From assembly GCA_044370105.1 (NCBI GenBank), contig JBILWC010000003.1, forward strand, positions 8,962 to 72,961: a stretch of DNA of 64,000 bases. Direction: 5' to 3'. This document shows positions 10,624-20,224 of the stretch, piece by piece; within the stretch, counting starts at the first letter, position 1, and every line of letters starts with the position of its first letter. The stretch comes from Steroidobacteraceae bacterium. Its GTDB lineage: Bacteria > Pseudomonadota > Gammaproteobacteria > Steroidobacterales > Steroidobacteraceae. The notes below the pieces were generated by a model. The model ran no database searches. It was not told where the DNA came from and saw only the letters and a program-made list of their open reading frames with translations. The translations under genes and the position numbers were made by a program.

Positions 10624-11942
10624 CGATCCACCTCCAAAACGGCTATCGATTCGACGTGCGTGGTGTGTGGAAACATGTCCACCACCCCGGCGGCGGCGAG
10701 TCGATACCCATGCTCGCTGCAGAGCACGCCCACGTCCCTCGCGAGCGTACCCGGATGACACGAGACGTACACCATGCGGGTGGCGCCGAGCTTGACGAGT
10801 CGTGGCAGCACCTCGATCGCGCCCGCGCGTGGCGGATCGAGCAGGATCCGATCGAAACGACCGACGAGCGCCGACGAGCCGCCCTCCGGCTCAGCCAGAT
10901 TCGCGACGTGAAAACTCGCGTTGGTCAATTCATTGAGCTCGGCATTGCGACGCGCGCGGGCGACGAGCCCCGCCTCCCCTTCGATACCGACGACCTCGCG
11001 TACGCGTCGCGCAATGGGTAGCGTGAAATTTCCGAGCCCGCAAAAGAGATCGAGCACACGATGTGTAGGCTCGAGTTCGAGCAACTCGATGGCGCGCTGC
11101 ACGAGCGCACGGTTCATTGCGCCGTTCACCTGCACGAAATCGGTCGGTCGAAACTCGAACCGCAGATTTTCTTCAGGGAGACGATACTCGAGCGTGGTCG
11201 ATGACCCATCGAGCGACATCACGCTGTCGAGCCCACCGGGCTGCAGGCAAATGCGCATACGGTGTGCCTGACCGAAATCGAGCAGTGCCGCGCGGTCTGC
11301 CGCACTGAGCTCGACCAGATTGCGGAACACGAGCAGCACCCCATCATCGCCCACAGCCGCTTCGATCTGCGGAATCGACACGCGCGCCTCGAGCCCCGTC
11401 AAAAGTTCGGAGAGCGGCGTGATCAAGGCATCGAGGGGAGCCGCCAACACCTCGCAACGCTCGAGCGCTGCCACGTAAGGCTTTTGACGCTCCCGAAACC
11501 CGACCAAAACCCGCTCGCGCTTGGGGACCCACTTCGCACCCAGGCGCGCTCGACGACGGTAGTTCCAGACGGGCCCCGCGAGCGGCTCGAGCCAGCGGGC
11601 GGGTTCGACGCGTCCGATGCGCGACAGGGATTCGGCGAGCTCCGATTGCTTGGCCCCCAATTGGCCGGCCGGATCGAGATGCTGCATGGCGCAGCCCCCG
11701 CAAATGCCGAAGTGCGTGCACTTGGGGTCGACTCGGGAGGGCGATCGCTCGAGTACGTCGACGAGCGCTCCTTCATCGTGCTGACGATGTCGCCGCACAC
11801 GCTGGAATACGATGCGCTCGCCTGGCAAGGCTCCCGGCACGAACGCCGTCTTCGTGCCTCTCAGCACGCCCTCGCCATCGTGATTGAGCGCCGCGACACA
11901 GCCCTCTTCGGGCGGACCCGGCGGTTTCGCGCCCCGACTCAC
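10620..11942 (-). CDS. rlmD: 23S rRNA (uracil1939-C5)-methyltransferase RlmD
   Basis: 440 aa. TRAM-like N-terminus, Fe-S cysteines CTHFGICGGCAMQHL, SAM methyltransferase motifs DLFCGLGNF and LDPPRAG. GTG start overlapping the upstream stop (GTGA). Confidence 0.92.
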   Translation of the reverse strand: MSRGAKPPGPPEEGCVAALNHDGEGVLRGTKTAFVPGALPGERIVFQRVRRHRQHDEGALVDVLERSPSRVDPKCTHFGICGGCAMQHLDPAGQLGAKQSELAESLSRIGRVEPARWLEPLAGPVWNYRRRARLGAKWVPKRERVLVGFRERQKPYVAALERCEVLAAPLDALITPLSELLTGLEARVSIPQIEAAVGDDGVLLVFRNLVELSAADRAALLDFGQAHRMRICLQPGGLDSVMSLDGSSTTLEYRLPEENLRFEFRPTDFVQVNGAMNRALVQRAIELLELEPTHRVLDLFCGLGNFTLPIARRVREVVGIEGEAGLVARARRNAELNELTNASFHVANLAEPEGGSSALVGRFDRILLDPPRAGAIEVLPRLVKLGATRMVYVSCHPGTLARDVGVLCSEHGYRLAAAGVVDMFPHTTHVESIAVLEVDR

Positions 11943-12718
11943 GCGCTCTGCTGCGGCCAGGCCGCGAGAAACTCTTTGAAGTGCGGCTCGCTCGAAGACG
12001 AGAGCAACTCGCGCACTCGCGCCTCCTCGGCTGCGAGCTCCGCCGCATCGATATGCCCGCGCATCAATTGATAGCGCAGGTAGACGAGCCAGGTGTTGAG
12101 CACGTCGGTTTCACAGTAGCGCCGGACACCTTCGAGGTTGCCGTCGGCATAGGCACCCCAGACCTTGTCTCCCGAGAAACCGAGTTTGCCCGGCAGACCG
12201 AGCAGATAGGCCATATCGGAGAGGCTCGCCTTCGCCCGGGGCTGGAACCCCGACAGCACGTCCATGAGGTCGGTGTGACGCTCGTGATAGCGACTGAGGT
12301 AATTGTTGAACCGAAAACTTTGATCTTCGCCGCCGTTTTCCCAATAGCGTCGAGCGACCACGCTGTGCTTGAGCGCGCGGTAATGCAGCACCGGCAAATC
12401 GAACCCGCCTCCATTCCAGGAAACGAGCGTCGGCGTGTAACGATCGATCCCTTCGAAGAAGCGCGTGACGAGCTCTCGCTCGTCGGAGCCGAGGTCACCG
12501 AGACTCCAGACCTTGAGCGTGTCACCGCGACGCAGCACACAAGAGATTGCGACGATGCGGTGCTGCTCGTGAGGCAGAAACTCGCTCCCTCCGTGCTGGC
12601 GCGCATGCGCAAACATCGCCTTGGCGATCTGTCCATCCGACAAGCCCTCGAGGCCGAGCACGGCACGGCCGAGCTCGATATCGGGAACCGTTTCGATGTC
12701 GAAGACGAGTACCGTCAT
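11939..12718 (-). CDS. Predicted 3'-5' exonuclease related to the PolB exonuclease domain
   Basis: 259 aa. [13 protein letters not shown] (Exo I DxE), [14 protein letters not shown] (Exo II), YCETDVLNT (Exo III). RNase H-like fold family. Confidence 0.75.
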   Translation of the reverse strand: MTVLVFDIETVPDIELGRAVLGLEGLSDGQIAKAMFAHARQHGGSEFLPHEQHRIVAISCVLRRGDTLKVWSLGDLGSDERELVTRFFEGIDRYTPTLVSWNGGGFDLPVLHYRALKHSVVARRYWENGGEDQSFRFNNYLSRYHERHTDLMDVLSGFQPRAKASLSDMAYLLGLPGKLGFSGDKVWGAYADGNLEGVRRYCETDVLNTWLVYLRYQLMRGHIDAAELAAEEARVRELLSSSSEPHFKEFLAAWPQQSA

Positions 12719-13446
12719 GAGCGTGCCGCCAGCATGAGCGCCTTCATGTCACGCACCGCGGCAGATAATCCCGCGAAAATGGCGCGACCGACGATGGCGT
12801 GACCGATGTTGAGTTCAACGATTTCCGGAATGGCCGCCACGGGCGTCACGTTGTCGTAATTGAGGCCATGGCCGGCATGCACCTCGAGACCAAAAGTCTT
12901 GGCGAGTCGCGCGCCGGACCGCAGCCGTTCGAGCTCGCGCGCCTGCTCATCTCCCGTCGTTACGCAATAGCGACCCGTATGCAACTCGATGACGGGCGCT
13001 CCGACGCGAACGGTGGCCTCGATCTGCGCAGGCTCCGGGTCGATGAAGAGCGCCACCCGAATGCCGGTCGCCGCCAGCAAGGCGCAGCTCTCGCGCAGAC
13101 GACCGATCTGGCCGACGACGTCGAGTCCGCCTTCGGTCGTGATTTCGGCACGGCGCTCCGGTACGAGGCAGCAGTCTGCGGGGCGAATGCGCCGCGCAAT
13201 GGCGATCATCTCGTCGGTGACGGCCATTTCGAGATTCATGCGCGTCTTCAGCAAAGGACGCAGCGCTTCGACGTCGGCATCCTGGATGTGACGCCGATCT
13301 TCGCGCAGGTGCAGCGTGATGTTGTCGGCACCGGATTGCTCGGCCACCAGCGCGGCCTCGACAGCGCTCGGATCGCGACCCCTGCGCGCCTGGCGCAGCG
13401 TCGCCACGTGGTCGATATTGACGCCGAGTTCGATGGTCCCTGTCAT
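12715..13446 (-). CDS. pdxJ: Pyridoxine 5'-phosphate synthase PdxJ
   Basis: 243 aa. [43 protein letters not shown]. Confidence 0.96.
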   Translation of the reverse strand: MTGTIELGVNIDHVATLRQARRGRDPSAVEAALVAEQSGADNITLHLREDRRHIQDADVEALRPLLKTRMNLEMAVTDEMIAIARRIRPADCCLVPERRAEITTEGGLDVVGQIGRLRESCALLAATGIRVALFIDPEPAQIEATVRVGAPVIELHTGRYCVTTGDEQARELERLRSGARLAKTFGLEVHAGHGLNYDNVTPVAAIPEIVELNIGHAIVGRAIFAGLSAAVRDMKALMLAARS

Positions 13447-13452
13447 GACGCC

Positions 13453-14268
13453 TTAGCTCTCCTTGTTGCGACGTCGCCCGATCACCGCTCGCGCCACAGC
13501 CCGAGTGCGCAAGTCACGCCCCTCGAGCGCATGGTCGAGCGCCACACGCAGCACGCTGCGCGCCGTCTCGAGCACCGCGGCATCGTCGTATCGATCTTCG
13601 GCGATCCCGAGCAAATCACGACCTCGAAAGACCGTGCCCTGCTGCGCGCCGCCCGATACTTCGGTGAAACCGAGCTCAGGATGGAAATGATAATACGCCT
13701 CGTCCTCGAGCGCCTGACCCTCGCGAGCCTCGTTCCTGAACTCGACCCCGTAGCCGAGCAAATCGAGCAACTGCCGCTCGAAGCGACGCAGCACCGCCGC
13801 GATTTCCTCGCCCGCCCGCAAGCGATTGAGGCTCTCGTGGTAGAGATCGAACACCAAAGGTTGAGGATCGTGGCGTGTGGTGAGCTTCAACACGAGCTCG
13901 TTGAGATACCAGGCACTGAGCAGCGCCGCCGCAGGCAAAGGCTTGAGCGCCTCGTCGGCCTCGCGAACACCCGTCGCCTCGCCGACCCCCGCCGTGTCAC
14001 CGACCCCCGCCGTCTCGCGAACACCGGCGGCTTCCACCTGGGTCAATTGACCCGCATCGCCGCTGCCACTCCACGAGGCGAGCAACAATCGGAAAGGCTG
14101 CAGTAACGACGCAGAGCGGGACTTCGGGCCGCGGACTCCGCGTGCAAACAGCGTCAGGCGGCCATGGTCGCGCGTGAAGACATCGAGCATGCGGCTCGTA
14201 TCGCGCCACGGACGATGGTGCAGCACGTACAGCGGCGCGAGATCAACCCGACGGCCACCCTTGCCCAT
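13453..14268 (-). CDS. recO: DNA repair protein RecO
   Basis: 271 aa. N-terminal OB-fold region YVLHHRPWRDTSRMLDVFTRDHGRLTLFARGVRGPKS. Conserved pdxJ-recO-era synteny. Confidence 0.9.
   Translation of the reverse strand: MGKGGRRVDLAPLYVLHHRPWRDTSRMLDVFTRDHGRLTLFARGVRGPKSRSASLLQPFRLLLASWSGSGDAGQLTQVEAAGVRETAGVGDTAGVGEATGVREADEALKPLPAAALLSAWYLNELVLKLTTRHDPQPLVFDLYHESLNRLRAGEEIAAVLRRFERQLLDLLGYGVEFRNEAREGQALEDEAYYHFHPELGFTEVSGGAQQGTVFRGRDLLGIAEDRYDDAAVLETARSVLRVALDHALEGRDLRTRAVARAVIGRRRNKES
13958..14027 (-). repeat. In-frame degenerate tandem repeat inside recO
   Basis: 18-bp unit CCGACCCCCGCCGTGTCA / CCGACCCCCGCCGTCTCG (13982-14017), flanked by two copies of CTCGCGAACACC. Encodes GVRETAGVGDTAGVGEATGVRE. 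Confidence 0.6.
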
Positions 14269-14277
14269 GATCGCCCG

Positions 14278-15204
14278 TCACTCGAGACCGAGCGTGCGCA
14301 GCGCCTGCGCGTTGTCGGCCCAGTTCTCGCGCACCTTCACCCAGAGTTCGAGATGGCAGCGACGGCCGAGCAGCGCGATGATCTCGCGACGCGACGAGCT
14401 GCCGACGCGCTTCAGTCGCGCGCCTCCGGCACCAATGACGATAGGCTTTTGACCTTCCCGGTCGACCCAGATCACGGCGTGGATCACGTCGCGCTCGCTA
14501 CCCTGATCGACCTCGCGCTCCATGCGCTCGATCTCGACGGCGATGCCATACGGCACTTCCTGATTAAGCTCGAGGGTGAGTTTTTCGCGAATGATTTCCG
14601 TGATGCGAAACCGCAGATCGCGATCGGTTCGATCCGCCTCGTCAAAAAGCTGCGGGGACTGCGGCAACTCGCGACCGATCACCGACACGAGCTCGTCGAG
14701 ATTTTCTTGACGTGCCGCCGACACCGGCACGATGGCGCGAAACGAATGACGCTCGGCAAGCTGCTGGATGAACGGCAGCAGACTCTCGCGCGGTCGCGCG
14801 AGATCGGCCTTGCTCACGACCGCAATGGCGGGACTACCGCTATCACGAATACGTTGCATCACCGCTTCGTCTTCTTCGGTCCAACGCAGACTCTCGATGA
14901 CGAAGACGACGAGATCGGCATCGACCAAGGCCGAAGCCGCCGTGCGATTCATCGCGCGATTGAGTGCGCGTTTGCCGCCCGCATGCAAACCCGGCGTATC
15001 GACGAATGCAATTTGCAGCCCCGGTCGATTGACGAGCCCCACGATACGGTGCCGCGTGGTCTGCGGCCGCGGCGTGACGATCGAGAGTTTCTCGCCCACG
15101 AGGGCGTTGAGCAACGTCGATTTGCCCACGTTCGGGCGGCCGACGAGCGCGGCGAAACCCGCCTTGAACTCCGGTTGATCCGTCGCGTCCGTCATGTCCG
15201 TCAT
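14278..15204 (-). CDS. era: GTPase Era
   Basis: 308 aa. G1 GRPNVGKSTLLN, G3 DTPG, C-terminal KH domain. Confidence 0.97.
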   Translation of the reverse strand: MTDMTDATDQPEFKAGFAALVGRPNVGKSTLLNALVGEKLSIVTPRPQTTRHRIVGLVNRPGLQIAFVDTPGLHAGGKRALNRAMNRTAASALVDADLVVFVIESLRWTEEDEAVMQRIRDSGSPAIAVVSKADLARPRESLLPFIQQLAERHSFRAIVPVSAARQENLDELVSVIGRELPQSPQLFDEADRTDRDLRFRITEIIREKLTLELNQEVPYGIAVEIERMEREVDQGSERDVIHAVIWVDREGQKPIVIGAGGARLKRVGSSSRREIIALLGRRCHLELWVKVRENWADNAQALRTLGLE

Positions 15205-15896
15205 GTCTTCACCTCGATGATCTCGAGGACACGTTGTGCGGCCTCCTGTTCTGCCTTGCGTCGGCTCGACCCCTCGCCGTAGGTCGATGCATCGAGCGCC
15301 GCGACCTCGCAGCGCACCGTGAAATGTTGAGCGTGCGGCTCACCCTCGACCTGCTCGACGACATATGCGGGCAAGGCATGACCGCGAGACTGCAGCCACT
15401 CCTGCAGCCGCGTCTTCGGATCTTTGAGCGCCGACGCTTGCGGCAAAGCATCGACGAGTGGCATCCACAACCGATTCACGAGCACGCGAGCCGCGTCGAA
15501 TCCACCATCGAGATACACCGCGCCGATGGTCGCCTCGAAAGCATCGGCGAGAATCGACTGTCGACGAAAGCCGCCCGTCTTGAGCTCGCCCGAACCGAGC
15601 TTGAGCTCCTCACCGAGACCCATTTGATGCGCAAGGCCTGCCAGCGGCTCGGCGGAGACGAGACTTGCACGCAGGCGACTGAGATCGCCCTCGTCGGCCC
15701 CGGGAAAACGCGCATAGAGCAATTCCGCCACCAGCATGTTGAGCACGGCGTCGCCCAGGAATTCGAGTCGTTCGTTGTTCCGGCCCGCCGCGCTGCGATG
15801 CGTGAGCGCTGCCGTGAAGAGCGAAAGGTCCTTCGCCTCATAGCCCAAAGATTGCTGCAACCAGCGAGTCGGCCAATCGGGACGCTGCACGCTCAC
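15201..15896 (-). CDS. rnc: Ribonuclease III
   Basis: 231 aa. RNase III signature NERLEFLGDAVLN and a C-terminal dsRBD. Confidence 0.97.
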   Translation of the reverse strand: MSVQRPDWPTRWLQQSLGYEAKDLSLFTAALTHRSAAGRNNERLEFLGDAVLNMLVAELLYARFPGADEGDLSRLRASLVSAEPLAGLAHQMGLGEELKLGSGELKTGGFRRQSILADAFEATIGAVYLDGGFDAARVLVNRLWMPLVDALPQASALKDPKTRLQEWLQSRGHALPAYVVEQVEGEPHAQHFTVRCEVAALDASTYGEGSSRRKAEQEAAQRVLEIIEVKT

Positions 15897-16978
15897 TCGA
15901 TTCTCGTGAAGATACGGGACCAGTCCGGACCGCCGCTGCGCTGCAGGTCCCAGTTGAACCAGATCGCACTCGCCCGTCCGACGAGCAAAGACTCGTCGAC
16001 GAAGCCCCAGACGCGACCATCCGAGCTGTTGTCGCGGTTGTCACCGACCATGAGGTACTGGCCGTCGGGTACGCGCATCACGCGATCACCAAGATCCGGA
16101 TTGATGCCCGCGGTGGACTCATTGCAGATATAGCCTTGCGGGATGCTTCGATTGCACGAGGGCAGCGGCGGCACGGCGATCATGTCGGAGCTCAAGCAGT
16201 GCAGCACGCCATGACGCCGACCGTCGAGCGTCTCTTCGGCGATGCGCATGTTCTGATAGCAACCGTCCTCGTATCGACCCTGCTGCACGAGCGGAACCGG
16301 CGTGCCGTTGATGATGAGTTGATCGTCGCGTACTTCGACGAGATCGCCCGGCAACCCGACGACGCGCTTGACGTAATTGACCGCCGGGTCCGCCGGAAAG
16401 CGAAAGACGGCGACATCACCGCGCTCGGGCGTGCCGACCTCGATCACCTTGCGATGCACCACCGGTAGACGTACGCCGTAGGCGTATTTGTTGACCAGGA
16501 TGAAATCGCCGTCGAGCAGCGTCGGCATCATCGAGTCGGACGGAATGCGATACGGCTCATAGAAAAACGAACGCAGCACGAGCAACACGGCCATCACCGG
16601 GAAGAAGCTGCGCGCATAGTCGACTGTTCCCGGCAGCTGCAGTGACGCGATCTCGCGACCCGCCGCACGAGCCGCTGCATATCGTCGCGGTGCGAGCAGC
16701 CAATGATCCACCGCCCACGCGATGCCCGAGGCGAAGGTGATCAGGATCAACACCAGACTGAAATCCGCGCGCTGTGCCGACATTAATTGGAAGAACCAGG
16801 CGATCACCACGATCGGCAGCGCGCCATAAAGCAGACGCATGACGAGGGGATCCGGCGTGGGCTGCCCGTCTTTGAGCACGAGTTGGCGGCTCGGGCGAAC
16901 GAACCAGTCGTCGATCACGCAAATGATGGCCACAGGCACCGCAAGGAGTGCCAGCGTCGAAATCAGCAGCTCGAGCAT
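15893..16978 (-). CDS. lepB: Signal peptidase I LepB (with extended multi-TM N-terminus)
   Basis: 361 aa. Catalytic Ser box IPSDSMMPTL, Lys box YVKRVVGLPGD, GDNRDNSSDGR. Confidence 0.92.
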   Translation of the reverse strand: MLELLISTLALLAVPVAIICVIDDWFVRPSRQLVLKDGQPTPDPLVMRLLYGALPIVVIAWFFQLMSAQRADFSLVLILITFASGIAWAVDHWLLAPRRYAAARAAGREIASLQLPGTVDYARSFFPVMAVLLVLRSFFYEPYRIPSDSMMPTLLDGDFILVNKYAYGVRLPVVHRKVIEVGTPERGDVAVFRFPADPAVNYVKRVVGLPGDLVEVRDDQLIINGTPVPLVQQGRYEDGCYQNMRIAEETLDGRRHGVLHCLSSDMIAVPPLPSCNRSIPQGYICNESTAGINPDLGDRVMRVPDGQYLMVGDNRDNSSDGRVWGFVDESLLVGRASAIWFNWDLQRSGGPDWSRIFTRIE

Positions 16979-16982
16979 AGGA

Positions 16983-18776
16983 TTACTTCCGGCCGACCTT
17001 GAGTACCGCGAGGAAGGCTTCCTGCGGGATTTCCACCGAACCGACCTGCTTCATGCGCTTCTTGCCCTCTTTCTGTTTTTCGAGGAGTTTGCGCTTGCGG
17101 CTGATGTCGCCGCCATAGCACTTGGCAAGCACGTTCTTGCGCAGCGCCTTGACGGTGGCGCGAGCGATGACATGAGTCCCGATTGCCGCCTGAACGGCGA
17201 CCTCGAACATCTGCCTCGGAATGAGCTCTTGCATCTTGTCGACGAGTTCGCGACCACGCTGATATGCATTTTCGCGGTGAACGATGATCGAGAGTGCATC
17301 GACCTTGTCGCCGTTGATGAGGATGTCCAGCCTCGACAAAGGTGCCGACTGGAAGTGACTGAACTCGTAATCGAACGAGGCGTAGCCACGGCTCGCCGAC
17401 TTCAGGCGATCGAAGAAATCGAGCACCACTTCGGCGAGCGGCAGTTCGTACTGCAGCGACACCTGGTTCGCGAGGTACTGCATTTTCTTTTGCGTACCGC
17501 GTTTTTCGGTGCAGAGCTGCAGTACGCCACCCACGTAGTCAGGCGGCACCAGGATATTGGCAATGATGATCGGCTCGCGAATCTCGACCACCTTGTTGGG
17601 CGGCGGCAGCTTCGCGGGGTTGTCGACGTATTCGTTCGTTCCGTCGGTGAGCCCTGCTTCATAGACCACGGTCGGCGCGCTCGTGATGAGATCGAGGTCG
17701 TACTCGCGCTCGAGGCGCTCTTGCACGATGTCCATGTGTAGCAAGCCGAGGAAGCCGACCCGGAACCCGAAACCGAGCGCACCCGAGACCTCGGGCTCGT
17801 AATGCAGCGCCGAGTCGTTGAGGCGGAGCTTGGCGAGCGCATCGCGAAACGACTCGTAGTCATCGGCATTCACCGGGAAGAGGCCCGCAAACACCCGCGG
17901 CTGTACTTGCTTGAACCCCGGCAGCGGCGTCGCACACGGCTTGTTCTCGAGGGTGATGGTGTCGCCCACGGGCGCACCGTCGATTTCCTTGATACCCGCG
18001 ATGACGAAACCCACTTCGCCGGCGCTGAGCTGGGGTGCCGCCATGGACTTCGGCGTGAAGCGGCCGAGCTTGTCGACGAGCCATGCACGGCCTGTGGACA
18101 TCACGCGGATCTTTTCACCCGCACGCAAAGTCCCGTTGACCACGCGTACCAACGACACGACACCCACGTAGTTGTCGAACCACGAGTCGATGATGAGCGC
18201 CTGCAGCGGCGCGTCGGGATCCCCCTTCGGCGCCGGGATATGGGCGACGATCGCCTCGAGGAGTTCCGGCACGTTCTCGCCCGTCTTGGCCGACACACGC
18301 ACGGCATCCTGGGCATCGATGCCGATGATTTCTTCGATCTCGCGAATGACCTTAGGCGGGTCGGCCGACGGCAGGTCGATTTTGTTGATGACCGGCAACA
18401 CCTCGATCCCCTGCTCGATCGCGGTGTAGCAGTTGGCGACGCTCTGCGCCTCGACGCCTTGCGAGGCATCGACCACGAGCAAAGCCCCATCACAGGCAGC
18501 GAGCGAACGCGAGACCTCGTAGGAAAAGTCCACGTGCCCCGGGGTGTCGATGAGATTGAGCTGATAGCGCTGGCCGTCGGCGGCGTTGTAGTACAACGTG
18601 ACGCTCTGCGCCTTGATCGTGATGCCCCGCTCGCGCTCGAGCGCCATGGAATCGAGGACCTGGTTCTGCATCTCGCGGGCCTGCAGGCCCCCGCACAACT
18701 GGATGAGACGGTCGGCCAAGGTCGACTTGCCGTGGTCGACGTGGGCGATGATCGAAAAATTGCGGATGTTCTGCAT
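16983..18776 (-). CDS. lepA: Elongation factor 4 (LepA)
   Basis: 597 aa. [23 protein letters not shown], LepA C-terminal domain. Confidence 0.98.
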   Translation of the reverse strand: MQNIRNFSIIAHVDHGKSTLADRLIQLCGGLQAREMQNQVLDSMALERERGITIKAQSVTLYYNAADGQRYQLNLIDTPGHVDFSYEVSRSLAACDGALLVVDASQGVEAQSVANCYTAIEQGIEVLPVINKIDLPSADPPKVIREIEEIIGIDAQDAVRVSAKTGENVPELLEAIVAHIPAPKGDPDAPLQALIIDSWFDNYVGVVSLVRVVNGTLRAGEKIRVMSTGRAWLVDKLGRFTPKSMAAPQLSAGEVGFVIAGIKEIDGAPVGDTITLENKPCATPLPGFKQVQPRVFAGLFPVNADDYESFRDALAKLRLNDSALHYEPEVSGALGFGFRVGFLGLLHMDIVQERLEREYDLDLITSAPTVVYEAGLTDGTNEYVDNPAKLPPPNKVVEIREPIIIANILVPPDYVGGVLQLCTEKRGTQKKMQYLANQVSLQYELPLAEVVLDFFDRLKSASRGYASFDYEFSHFQSAPLSRLDILINGDKVDALSIIVHRENAYQRGRELVDKMQELIPRQMFEVAVQAAIGTHVIARATVKALRKNVLAKCYGGDISRKRKLLEKQKEGKKRMKQVGSVEIPQEAFLAVLKVGRK

Positions 18777-18794
18777 CGGTTCCGAGGTGGTCTC

Positions 18795-18860
18795 CCGGGA
18801 CGACCCCGGGACTTTCGAAGGCGGCGAATTATACCGACTGGCGACCGTCGCGTTCGAAGA
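18795..18860 (-). promoter_or_regulatory. Candidate lepA promoter and 5' leader hairpin
   Basis: Perfect TATAAT on the minus strand at 18833-18828, unusual in this GC-rich DNA, about 52 nt upstream of the lepA ATG. The -35 is weak (TTCGAA/TCGAAC at 18-19 nt). A TCCCGG-N7-CCGGGA hairpin lies in the predicted leader. Confidence 0.3.
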
Positions 18861-18872
18861 GTTAACCCACCC

Positions 18873-19136
18873 TCATCGCACCTTCAGGAGCCGCTCGATT
18901 TCGCCGGGATCGAGATGGGTCACCGCCACGGGCACCCCATCCCAGAGCAACACCGGAATCTTGTGGCCATAACGACGCAGCAGCTCGGGATCGGAGTCGA
19001 TGTCGAGCGCTTCGACCGGAGGCAGCGGCAGTGTCGTAGATAGGCGAACGAGATCTTCGGCGAACTCCTCGCAGAGCCCGCAGCCCTCCCGAGTCAGCAG
19101 CGTGAGCTTGCCCGGGGGGACGTGCGCGCCGGTCAC
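18873..19136 (-). CDS. Glutaredoxin-like (DUF836-type) thioredoxin-fold protein
   Basis: C-terminal 87 codons of track ORF 18873..19523. CxxC motif TREGCGLCEEF, then RYGHKIPVLLWDG. GTG start at 19136 overlaps the rseB stop (GTGA). The upstream part of the track ORF overlaps rseB and is not credible. Confidence 0.65.
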   Translation of the reverse strand: MTGAHVPPGKLTLLTREGCGLCEEFAEDLVRLSTTLPLPPVEALDIDSDPELLRRYGHKIPVLLWDGVPVAVTHLDPGEIERLLKVR

Positions 19137-20224
19137 GGACTCGAACGCTCCGCGACCCGAGGCGGCTCCGCGATGCGAGACGCTTCGGCTGGGCGCGCAG
19201 GCTCTGCCGGAGTTGCCGGTTTGCCGGCCTCCTCGGGGCTGAGCTCGGAAGCGATGAGCTTCGCGGTCTGCACGGGCACCTCGCCCACCACCACGACATG
19301 ATGGCCGTGGATGAATGTCGAGTACGCCGTCGAAGCGCCGATCTGTCGCTCGATGGCGATTTCTTTGGCCGACTTCGGCGGCAGTCGCGCGCCGATGAAC
19401 ACCGAGACCGAGGCGAGCCCGTCGGAGAGCACCAGGTGCGAGACCGGCTCTTCCGCGCCCGGCAGCGTCTGTCGCGCTCGCTGGGTCAGACGAAACCCGC
19501 GCGGAGCCGTCCGCAAATTCCACATCGACGCACTGTCGTTGACCGCACGCAGGCGTACGCCGCGATCACTTTCGATCCGGCGGAAGCCTTCGATCGAGAC
19601 GCCCGGCGTGAACGTCGTGTCGGGAATGTCTCTCAAGATTTGCAGGCTCGAAAACGCGATTCGCTCGAGCACTTGACCGCGTCGATCGTAGAGTTCGGAT
19701 TTGAGCGGCAGCCTCGTGCGTGCGTCGATCCATACTCGAAAACCGTAGCGGTAAGGATCGAGCGGTACCAGCGTCACCACGCGCGCATCGCGCTCGGTCA
19801 CACGCGCACGCTGAAGGGGCTCGAGTCGATAGAACCGCGCCGTACGATCGTCGAACCTCGGAAAACTCGGCAACAAGCCGCCCGTGCGCGGGCGGCGCTC
19901 GACCAAAATCGTGCGCTGGTCGGGCAGGATGTACGAGAGCTCATCACCCAATCGAATGAATTCGCGGCCCGAGCCATCGAGCGACACCAGCCGCTCGGCG
20001 ACCTCATCCCCACGAACCCGATGATGGATACGCAGCGACTCGGATACGCCGCCCCGCTCATGAAAAAACGTGCCTTCGTAACTTTTTTCGGCGAGCGCCC
20101 GATTCATGCTCTCGAGCCACTCGCGCGCATCGTCGGCCAAGGCCGAGATCGGCGCGATCAGCGCCACGACGAACACGGCGCGCCACAAGGGCGCCGTCGT
20201 CCGAACTCGACGCGCCCTCATCAC
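19133..20224 (-). CDS. rseB: Sigma-E regulatory protein RseB/MucB
   Basis: 363 aa. Signal peptide, then AREWLESMNRALAEKSYEGTFFHERGGVSESLRIHHRV, typical of MucB/RseB. Position is downstream of rpoE-rseA. Confidence 0.9.
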   Translation of the reverse strand: MMRARRVRTTAPLWRAVFVVALIAPISALADDAREWLESMNRALAEKSYEGTFFHERGGVSESLRIHHRVRGDEVAERLVSLDGSGREFIRLGDELSYILPDQRTILVERRPRTGGLLPSFPRFDDRTARFYRLEPLQRARVTERDARVVTLVPLDPYRYGFRVWIDARTRLPLKSELYDRRGQVLERIAFSSLQILRDIPDTTFTPGVSIEGFRRIESDRGVRLRAVNDSASMWNLRTAPRGFRLTQRARQTLPGAEEPVSHLVLSDGLASVSVFIGARLPPKSAKEIAIERQIGASTAYSTFIHGHHVVVVGEVPVQTAKLIASELSPEEAGKPATPAEPARPAEASRIAEPPRVAERSSP

